Positions 57,130 through 64,000 of a DNA stretch of 64,000 nt are shown here, piece after piece. This stretch comes from Alphaproteobacteria bacterium. GTDB taxonomy: Bacteria; Pseudomonadota; Alphaproteobacteria; UBA828. The position numbers and the translations under genes are program-made. The DNA lies in contig CAXXMU010000001.1 in NCBI GenBank assembly GCA_963667785.2, positions 768,001 through 832,000 on the forward strand, written 5' to 3'. Every line of letters starts with the position of its first letter. Positions within the stretch are counted from its first letter, which is position 1. Under the pieces are notes generated by a model. The model worked only from the letters and a program-made list of their open reading frames with translations, had not been told where the DNA came from and searched no databases.

Positions 57130-57870
57130 TCACTGCGCCGCCTGGTCGAGGCCGGTCGTGCCGCGCACGATCTCGAGGAAGACCTCCTCCAGCGTGGCGC
57201 GGCCATGCCGCTCGATCAGGCCTGCCGGCGTGCCGCTCTCGACGATGCGGCCGCCCGACATGACGAACACATCATCGCAGAGCCGCTCGACCTCGGCCAT
57301 GTTGTGGGAGGCGAGCAGGATCGTGGCACCGGTCTCGGCGCGGTAGCTCTCGATGACGCCGCGCGCCCAGTCGGCGGTGTCGGGGTCGAGCGAGGCCGAG
57401 GGCTCGTCGAGCAGCAGCAGCTCGGGCTCGTTGAGAAGCGCCTTGGCGAGCGCCACTCTGGTGCGCTGCCCGGCGGAGAGCTTGCCGGTCGGCCTCTTCA
57501 GGAAGGCGCCGATCTCGAGGGTCTCCGCCAGCGCCTCGATTCGGCGGGCGACGTCCTTGATGCCGTAGAGCTTCGCGTAGACGGCCAGGTTCTCCCGCAC
57601 CGTGAGTCGGTGGGGCAGGTCCGTGTAGGGCGAGGAGAAGTTCATGCGCGGCAGCAGGGCATAGCGCTCCGTCGCCAGGTCGCGGCCGAAGATGCGTACG
57701 CGGCCTGCGCTCGGCTGCACGAGGCTCAGGATCATCGCCATGGTGGTGGTCTTGCCGGCGCCGTTGGCGCCGAGCAGCGCCGCCGTCGCGCCGCGCGCCA
57801 CTGCAAAGCTCACCGAATCGACGGCACACACCGTGCCGAAGCGCTTGGTGAGGCCGTCGACCTCCAGCAC
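57130..57870 (-). CDS. ABC-2 type exporter ATPase
   Basis: GANGAGKTT, LSAGQRTR, LLLDEP.ASLDP, SHNM.EVERLCD and LEEVF. Confidence 0.92.
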   Translation of the reverse strand: MLEVDGLTKRFGTVCAVDSVSFAVARGATAALLGANGAGKTTTMAMILSLVQPSAGRVRIFGRDLATERYALLPRMNFSSPYTDLPHRLTVRENLAVYAKLYGIKDVARRIEALAETLEIGAFLKRPTGKLSAGQRTRVALAKALLNEPELLLLDEPSASLDPDTADWARGVIESYRAETGATILLASHNMAEVERLCDDVFVMSGGRIVESGTPAGLIERHGRATLEEVFLEIVRGTTGLDQAAQ

Positions 57871-57931
57871 CGGCCCGTCGGCCGGAGCCGGCGGGGCTTT
57901 GGTTCGACCCGCGCCGGTGCGCGGCGCGTGC

Positions 57932-60184
57932 TCAGAAGGGGGTCGGATCGGCGAAGCGGCGCAGGACGTTCTCGGTCATGCGCGAGACGTTGTTGTCGTG
58001 GTCGTTGTGGGCGAGGCTGCCGCACCAGGCGATCGAGCTGGTGGAGAACACCGCGCCGCCATTCGCCGTCTCGTAGAACACGATGTCGGCGCGCACCAGC
58101 GGGTCCTGCGTGCCGTCGCAATTCGGCCGGTTCACGTCGAGCTCCTCGCAGACCACGAGATAGAGGTCGGTGTGGCCTTCGGAGGTCGCGAGCACGTAGG
58201 TGTTGGGCGGCGTGCCGAGTAGCGGGTCGGCCCGGTCGAGCTCCAGCCCCGCGGCGCCGCCGCCGATCAGCCCGAAGTCGCCGATCCTCTCGTCCTTGCC
58301 GATGCCCTCGAAGATCCAGGCGACCTCCCGCTTGAAGCTGTCCGGCTGGCGCACATAGTAGGACGAGATGTCGAAGCCCTGGGCGCTGAACCCGGTGCCG
58401 GCGATGACCTGCGGCGGCCTGCCGTTGCGCCGCCAAAGCCCGCCATACTCGCCGGTGAAGCTGTGGTAGTACTCGCCGGGCCGCGCGATCCAGGTGCGGA
58501 TGCCGTCCTCGGCGCGGCGCACCTCGATGCAGCCCGGCACCTCGGTATGGTAGGCGATGCGCCAGTACCAGCCGTTGGCGCCCATGTACATGAGCCGCCC
58601 GCCGCGCTGCTGATAGGCGTACATCGCGTCCCACATCGCCTTCGAGTGATACTCGGGATGCGAGCCGGTGAGGACGACCGTGTAGTCCTGGATCGCCGCC
58701 AGGCCCTCGTAGTGCAGGTCCTCGTCGGTGACGACGTCGTACTCGAAGCCCTTCGCCTCCAGCCATTCGGTGAGGTGCGTGTCGGCGTTGAACTGCCAGA
58801 GGGTGGATTCGGTGCCGCCGATCCACTCCAGCGCCTTCGGCCGGAAATTCAGGATCGGCCGGAGCCGCGAGGAGTAGCAGATTCCGCTGCCGTCAATGTG
58901 GCTGTCGTAGAGCGAGGTGCCGTATTCCCGGTGCTCGCTGCGCTGGAGGTTCTTCTCGTTCAGCACGGTGAGCCGGCCGGTGAGGATCTGCGCCGGGCCC
59001 ATGTTGGTGGACATGTTGGTGTTGGCGTAGGCCATGTAGCTCGCGGTGGGGAGCAGGAAACAGATCTTCGCGGTGGGCGCGCCGCGCGGGGCACGCACGG
59101 CGAAGGGAATGTAATCCTCGCCGCCGCCCTCGCCGCGCAGCCGTGCGGCGTAGACGCCGCTCTTCAGTCGCTTGGGGCAGGTAAGGGAGAAATCCACCTC
59201 CCAGCGCGCGTCGTAGACGTCGTCCTCGTGGAAGTGGATCGCGCCATACTGGGAGGGCGCGTTCCGCCAGTTCATCTCGCTGCCGTCCCAGCACCAGCCG
59301 GTGACGGCGCGCGTCGGCAGGTTGACGAGGCTGCCGTGCAGCCCGTTGGCGGAGAGATCGCTCACCGCCGTCGTGGTGATTCCTTCGGAAAAGTCCCAGG
59401 CGCCGACGATGGCGGTGGCGAGCGCGCCGTCCACCGGGCGGGTCTTGGCGAGCTCCATCTCCGCCGGCGTCAGCACGCGATTGGCGATGCGCGGGCTGTC
59501 GATGCGTCCGTTGTAGAAGCCGCCGCAGACGGTGCGTCCCTTGTCGACGCGCCGGAAGTAGGCGCCCATGGTGAGCGGGGCGTCGTGCGTGCCCGGCGCC
59601 TTCAGGGCGGACTTCTTCTTGACGGTGCCGCCGTGGCGGACCTTGGGGTATTCGTTGAGCGGCTGCTGCACCAGGGTGACCTGCTTCGACGAGGCGTCGT
59701 AGCTGGCGGCGACGAAGTACCACTGGTGCGGGAGCAGTGGCCGCTTGGTGGCGATCACCTCGATCTTGCCCTTGCCGTCGCCGAGGCAGAGCGCGAGCGA
59801 GCCGTCCTGCTTGGTGATGATCATGGCCGCGCCGGCCTTGTCGCGATCGCGCCAATTGGAGATCAGCGCCTGGGTGCCACGATCGGGCGTCGTCGGCCAG
59901 ATGAACGCCTGGAAGGTGAAGCTCTCCAGGCCCTGGATCGCGGGATGGGCGGGAACTTCCAGGAAGGAGCCGTCGTAGCAGACCTGCCGGCGCCCCTTGT
60001 AAGTGCCGTTGGCGCCGGTCCTGACCACCTTTTCCTTGAGGCCCGGCCCGTCCGGGTTCTCGTCGCCGCAGACGAGGCGGACGATGTCGCAGCGGTAGGA
60101 GGGCGCTTCGCTGCTCACCATGAAGTTGATGGTCTCTCCCGGCGTCACGCTGACGCGGTCGGCATAACCCGCGATTCTGGTCAT
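57932..60184 (-). CDS. N,N-dimethylformamidase large-subunit family protein
   Basis: GYADR.SV.PGE.I.F.VS, a LamG-like insert, AIHFHEDD, SGVYAARL, SYMAYAN, SLYDSH.DGSG, GSHPEY, GANG.YW and G.E.D. Confidence 0.88.
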   Translation of the reverse strand: MTRIAGYADRVSVTPGETINFMVSSEAPSYRCDIVRLVCGDENPDGPGLKEKVVRTGANGTYKGRRQVCYDGSFLEVPAHPAIQGLESFTFQAFIWPTTPDRGTQALISNWRDRDKAGAAMIITKQDGSLALCLGDGKGKIEVIATKRPLLPHQWYFVAASYDASSKQVTLVQQPLNEYPKVRHGGTVKKKSALKAPGTHDAPLTMGAYFRRVDKGRTVCGGFYNGRIDSPRIANRVLTPAEMELAKTRPVDGALATAIVGAWDFSEGITTTAVSDLSANGLHGSLVNLPTRAVTGWCWDGSEMNWRNAPSQYGAIHFHEDDVYDARWEVDFSLTCPKRLKSGVYAARLRGEGGGEDYIPFAVRAPRGAPTAKICFLLPTASYMAYANTNMSTNMGPAQILTGRLTVLNEKNLQRSEHREYGTSLYDSHIDGSGICYSSRLRPILNFRPKALEWIGGTESTLWQFNADTHLTEWLEAKGFEYDVVTDEDLHYEGLAAIQDYTVVLTGSHPEYHSKAMWDAMYAYQQRGGRLMYMGANGWYWRIAYHTEVPGCIEVRRAEDGIRTWIARPGEYYHSFTGEYGGLWRRNGRPPQVIAGTGFSAQGFDISSYYVRQPDSFKREVAWIFEGIGKDERIGDFGLIGGGAAGLELDRADPLLGTPPNTYVLATSEGHTDLYLVVCEELDVNRPNCDGTQDPLVRADIVFYETANGGAVFSTSSIAWCGSLAHNDHDNNVSRMTENVLRRFADPTPF

Positions 60185-60259
60185 CTGTGGCTCCCTCGGG
60201 GCCTGGCGGCGATTTGACGGTGGTGCAGAGTGCCGCGCGCGCGGCGATGGCGGTGGCGG

Positions 60260-60562
60260 CTACTTCGGCAGCGCCTTGCCCGTGTGCTGCTTCCAGCGCA
60301 GGCGGAAGACGTAGCGCTCGGCGTCCTCGATATTGTCGAAGGTCTTGGCGAGCAGCTTGACCGGCTTGCCGCGCACGCCGGAGAGCTGGGCGAGGCGCCA
60401 CTCGCGGCCCGGCTTGGTGCAGACCAGGCAGTGCTTGTCCTTCACGTCGGCGCCCCGGAACGTGTTGAGCACGCGTTGCAGGTCGGGGCTGTGGTGGCCA
60501 ATCGGCTTGGCCATGAACTCGTCGACGACGTAAAGGTCCTTTTCCGTGACTTGGTATGCCAT
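60260..60562 (-). CDS. DMFase small-subunit-like protein
   Basis: EF...PIG.HSPDLQRVLN.FRG, P.REW.L....RG.P and AE..VF..RW...TG. Directly upstream of the large subunit. Confidence 0.7.
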   Translation of the reverse strand: MAYQVTEKDLYVVDEFMAKPIGHHSPDLQRVLNTFRGADVKDKHCLVCTKPGREWRLAQLSGVRGKPVKLLAKTFDNIEDAERYVFRLRWKQHTGKALPK

Positions 60563-60699
60563 CGGCTGCTCCCTGTGGCGCGCTGCCTGCGCGTGCTCTC
60601 GGCGGCACGGATTAGAGCGCGATGCGCAGGCCGAGACAACTCCCCCGTTGACGCGCGCCGGAGCTCTGCGCCGTGTCGGTCCGGGGCCGGCCGCCCCGG

Positions 60700-61719
60700 T
60701 CACCCGTTCGCCGCGACGGTCCGGTCGATCCGCTCCAGATGCGCCGTCCTGGCAGGCTCGTCGAGGAACGAGCCTTCGATCGAATTCCGGGCCAGCGTGA
60801 CTAGGTCCGCCCGCTCCAGTTCGAGCGCCTCGGCCACCGCGACGAAATTGTCCAGCAGATAGCCCCCGAAGTAGGCCGGGTCGTCCGAGTTGACGGTGGC
60901 CTTGAGGCCTGCGTCAAGCATGCGCTTCAGCGGGTGCCGCTCCAGATTGGGCACGACGCCGAGCCGGAGGTTGGAGAGCGGACACACGGTGAGGGTCATG
61001 CCCCTCTCGGCCAGGCGGCGGACCAGCGCCGGATCGTCGAGCGCGCGATTGCCGTGATCGATTCGATCCACGGCCAGCCGGTCCATCGCCTCGGCGACAT
61101 AGGATGCCGGGCCCTCCTCGCCGGCGTGGGCGACGAGCCTGAGGCCGGCTTCGCGCGCCGCGGCGTAGAGGCGCTCGAACTTCGCGGGCGGATGGCCGAT
61201 CTCGGTCGAATCGAGGCCGAGTCCGGCGATTCGCCGGTCGGCGATGTAGGGCTCGGCCTGGCGAAAGGCGGCGAAACCGTCGTCCTCGCTCAGGTCCCGC
61301 CAGACGTTCATGATGAGCAGCGACGTGATGCCCAGCCTCTCGCGGCCGTCGGCGAGCGCGGCCAGGATGCCGTCCGCCGCGGTGGCGAAGGGGATGCCCC
61401 GAGTGGTGTGGCCCTGGGGATCGAAGAACACCTCGACATGGACCGCTCCGTCGGCGGCCACGCGCTCCAGGTAGGCGGCGGTGAGCTCGAAATAGTCCTC
61501 CTCGGCGCGCAGCACGGTCATGCCCTGGTGATAGAGGTCGAGGAAATCCTGCAGCCGGGTGAAGCGGCAGGCGGCCCGAATTTCGTCCGCCGAGCGGAAC
61601 GGGATCCCGACCTTGTTCCTGACGGCCAGCCGCATCATCAAGTCCGGGTCGATCGCGCCCTCAAGATGCAGGTGAAGTTCGGCCTTGGGCAGCGCCCGGA
61701 TATGCGATCTCAGATCCAT
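60700..61719 (-). CDS. adenine/adenosine deaminase (amidohydrolase)
   Basis: LPKAELHLHLEG, E.FFDPQ.H, GLDS.E, AHAGEEGP, RIDHG, TVCPLSN and NSDDPAYFGGY. Confidence 0.93.
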   Translation of the reverse strand: MDLRSHIRALPKAELHLHLEGAIDPDLMMRLAVRNKVGIPFRSADEIRAACRFTRLQDFLDLYHQGMTVLRAEEDYFELTAAYLERVAADGAVHVEVFFDPQGHTTRGIPFATAADGILAALADGRERLGITSLLIMNVWRDLSEDDGFAAFRQAEPYIADRRIAGLGLDSTEIGHPPAKFERLYAAAREAGLRLVAHAGEEGPASYVAEAMDRLAVDRIDHGNRALDDPALVRRLAERGMTLTVCPLSNLRLGVVPNLERHPLKRMLDAGLKATVNSDDPAYFGGYLLDNFVAVAEALELERADLVTLARNSIEGSFLDEPARTAHLERIDRTVAANG

Positions 61720-61766
61720 TTCCGTCTCCATCCGATCCCGACGGCCTGGCGTGAGCGAATAAGGTG

Positions 61767-62570
61767 CTACTCGCTGCGCTCCTGCCGCCGCCTGCGGACG
61801 ACCAGGAACATGTAGCCGCCGAAGAGGATCGCGATGGCGCCGAACACCGAGAGCGCGCCCATGGTCGGGATCATCGGCGTGTAGCCGGAGCCCATCTTTG
61901 TGTAGAGCCACTCGGTCACCGTGCTGTCGGCGCCGGTGGTGAAGGTCGATAGCGGGAAATTGCCCCACGACAGCAGGAAGGCGAAGAGCGCGCCGGAGAA
62001 GAGGCCGGGCGCGAGCGCGGGCAGCGTGACCTCGCGGAAGGCCTGCCAGCGGTTGGCCCCGAGATCGTAGGCGGCCTCCTCCTGGGCTGCGTCGAAGCCG
62101 TAGACCTGGATCGAGATCACCAGGGTCACGATCGGCACGATCCAGACCAGATGGGCGAAGACCGCCGCTTCCCAGCTCGGCAACACGCCCACATAGGTGA
62201 ACCAGAGCAGCAGCGCGAGGCCGAGCACGGCCTGCGGGAAGAAGATCGGCAGCATGATGAGGCGCTGATAGAACTGGCGGCCGCGCCAGTCGTAGCGGGC
62301 GAAGGCGAGCGCGCCGAAGAAGCCGAGCACGACCGAGATCAGGGCGACGCAGCCGGCGACGTAGAACGAGGTGAGGTGGAGGTCCGTCGTCAGGTTGGCG
62401 CCCAGCGTCTGGTCGTACCACTTGTCGCTCCACGCCTTCACGGGGAAGCGGAAGTAGCGGGACTTGCCGAACGAGCTGACGATGACCGAGAAGATCGGGA
62501 TGTAGAGGAAGAGCGCGATCACGCCGGTCCAGACCGCGATCAGGCTCGTCACCCAGCGCTTTCTCTCCAT
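61767..62570 (-). CDS. PotC-like ABC permease
   Basis: FLYIPI, S.KWY and the EAA loop EEAAYDLGA.RWQ.F..VTLP. Confidence 0.88.
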   Translation of the reverse strand: MERKRWVTSLIAVWTGVIALFLYIPIFSVIVSSFGKSRYFRFPVKAWSDKWYDQTLGANLTTDLHLTSFYVAGCVALISVVLGFFGALAFARYDWRGRQFYQRLIMLPIFFPQAVLGLALLLWFTYVGVLPSWEAAVFAHLVWIVPIVTLVISIQVYGFDAAQEEAAYDLGANRWQAFREVTLPALAPGLFSGALFAFLLSWGNFPLSTFTTGADSTVTEWLYTKMGSGYTPMIPTMGALSVFGAIAILFGGYMFLVVRRRRQERSE

Positions 62571-62618
62571 CTCAGAGCGCCCCGCCGCCGCAGGGGCGCG
62601 CGCCTGCGCCCGCCCGCA

Positions 62619-63533
62619 TCATCGTCGGCCCAGCAGCCGGTCGAGGTCGAGCCGGCGCATCAACAGCACCACCAGGAAGCCGGTGACGACGATGGTGAGC
62701 ACCGAGATCGCGGACCCCAGCGGCCAGTTCTGCGCGTAGGTGAACTCGTGCTGGATGTCCTGGGCGATGACCGGCGTGTTCTGGCCGCCGAGCAGCTTGG
62801 CCTCCGAGATCGCGCCCACCGCCAGCACGAAGGTCAGCAGCGCGCCGATGAGGATGCCGGGCATGGCGATGGGGAGCTCCACCTCGCGGAAGATCTGGAA
62901 GCGGCTGGCGCCGAGATCGCGCGATGCCTCCACCTGATCGCGCGGCACCATGGAGAGCCCGAGCACGATGGGGAAGAGGGTGAAGGGCAGATAGACGTAG
63001 ATCATGCCCATGAGGATGGTGCCGGGCTCGTAGAGCAACGTGCCGGTGTCGATGCCGAAAGCGGTCTTGAGTCCGCCCGCCAGGATGCCGCCGCCCTTGA
63101 TCAGGAACAGGTACCAGCCGAAGAGCCTCACGTTCTCCGAGACGAAGAGGGGGATGACGAGGACCAGCATGACCGGCGCGGCCCAGCGGCCGAACAGCTT
63201 GGAGAGGCCGTAGGCGATGGGGTAGCCGATCAGGAGGTTGCAGGCGACGGTGAGCGCGGCCAGCGCGAACGACCAGACGAAGGAGATGTAGTAGCTCTCG
63301 GTGAAGATGTGCTCGTAGTTCTCGGTGGTGAAGCCTGCGCCGAGGTCGAAGGTGCGCTCCGGGGTGAAGCTGAAGGCCAGCACGATCACCAACGGGCCGA
63401 CGAAGCCGATCAGGAAGTAGATCAGCACCGGGGCTGCGCTCAGCACGCCCGGCGAGCGCAGCCAGCCGAGCAGCAGCGCCGGTATGCTGGGCTGGCGCAG
63501 CAGCGCCGCAGGCGCCTCGGAACGGTCGGTCAT
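62619..63533 (-). CDS. PotB-like ABC permease
   Basis: LLIGYPIAY, YVYLPF..FPI, EASRDLGA and NWPLGSAIS. Confidence 0.88.
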   Translation of the reverse strand: MTDRSEAPAALLRQPSIPALLLGWLRSPGVLSAAPVLIYFLIGFVGPLVIVLAFSFTPERTFDLGAGFTTENYEHIFTESYYISFVWSFALAALTVACNLLIGYPIAYGLSKLFGRWAAPVMLVLVIPLFVSENVRLFGWYLFLIKGGGILAGGLKTAFGIDTGTLLYEPGTILMGMIYVYLPFTLFPIVLGLSMVPRDQVEASRDLGASRFQIFREVELPIAMPGILIGALLTFVLAVGAISEAKLLGGQNTPVIAQDIQHEFTYAQNWPLGSAISVLTIVVTGFLVVLLMRRLDLDRLLGRR

Positions 63534-64000
63534 CAGTCGGTCACGAGCACGCTGTCCTTGGCATCCCAGCCGATCAGGACGTCGTCGTTGAGCGAACCCT
63601 GATAGGCGTGCTCCCGGAGCTTCTCGACGACGAACATGCTATCGCCCGCGCTCACGTGGTACTGCACCCGGGAGCCCAGCGCGTACTCGTTGAAGAGCGA
63701 CCCCTCTAGGTGGTTCTCCGCCTCCGAAGGGTCGTTCAGGAAGCGCATCGATTCGGGCCGGATGACGAGATAGCCCCGGGCAAAGCCGTCGGGCCGCGCC
63801 GGGCTGGTGAAGCGGCGCTCGAAGGCGGGGCAGTCGATGCCGCCGTCGGCGCCGGTCTGCACCGCCAGCGTGTTCACCTCGCCCATGAACTCCGAGACGA
63901 ACTTGTTGCGCGGCTGCAGATAGATCTCGTTGGGCGAGCCGATTTGGATGAGCCGCCCCTCCTGCATGATGCCGATGCGGTCGCTCATCACCATCGCCTC
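63533..64000 (-). CDS. PotA-like ABC ATPase (C-terminal part, truncated by window edge)
   Basis: EAMVMSDRIGIM..G...Q.G.P.EIY..P...FV..F.GE.N followed by a TOBE-like tail. Confidence 0.88.
   Translation of the reverse strand, partial: EAMVMSDRIGIMQEGRLIQIGSPNEIYLQPRNKFVSEFMGEVNTLAVQTGADGGIDCPAFERRFTSPARPDGFARGYLVIRPESMRFLNDPSEAENHLEGSLFNEYALGSRVQYHVSAGDSMFVVEKLREHAYQGSLNDDVLIGWDAKDSVLVTD

Noticed and set aside
60700-62433. 577-aa ORF as a long deaminase fusion
   Set aside because: The upstream part is an alternative frame of the PotC-like gene. The deaminase begins at about 61719-61731.

Overview
This window comes from a high-GC alphaproteobacterium, probably Rhodospirillales-like (inferred from gene order). 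Conserved core blocks sit at both ends: yqgE, rimJ, tusA, an M16 peptidase and thrC on the left; tRNA-Ala(CGC), pccA/pccB, atp12, rluC, crcB, rarA and cob genes on the right. Between them is a ~40 kb accessory mosaic that ends at a decayed P4-like integrase beside the tRNA. It contains an AT-rich dGTPase, an HTH-methyltransferase fusion divergent from a MetE-like gene, nnrS, an IS110 remnant, a CoA-ligase/LLM/amidase catabolic operon with a Liv-type ABC transporter, a nucleobase permease fused to a kinase-like domain and a TRAP transporter. The best candidate for an undescribed system is at 29.3-38.2 kb: a uracil-DNA-glycosylase-fold protein lacking the DNA-intercalating Leu loop, co-transcribed with a GMC oxidoreductase and a NIPSNAP protein. 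This operon shares a duplicated promoter, with tandem TGACAC-N2-GTGTCA-type operators 34 bp apart, with a BMP-family nucleoside ABC transporter, and a RutR-like TetR gene lies between the two. This suggests a modified-nucleoside scavenging or catabolic regulon. Three times in the window, a gene's 5' stub (with its promoter or coupling site) is retained in front of an unrelated gene. The right end carries a DMFase-like two-subunit locus with an adenine deaminase and a Pot-type ABC transporter. All family calls come from motif recognition by eye; no database searches or computations were run.
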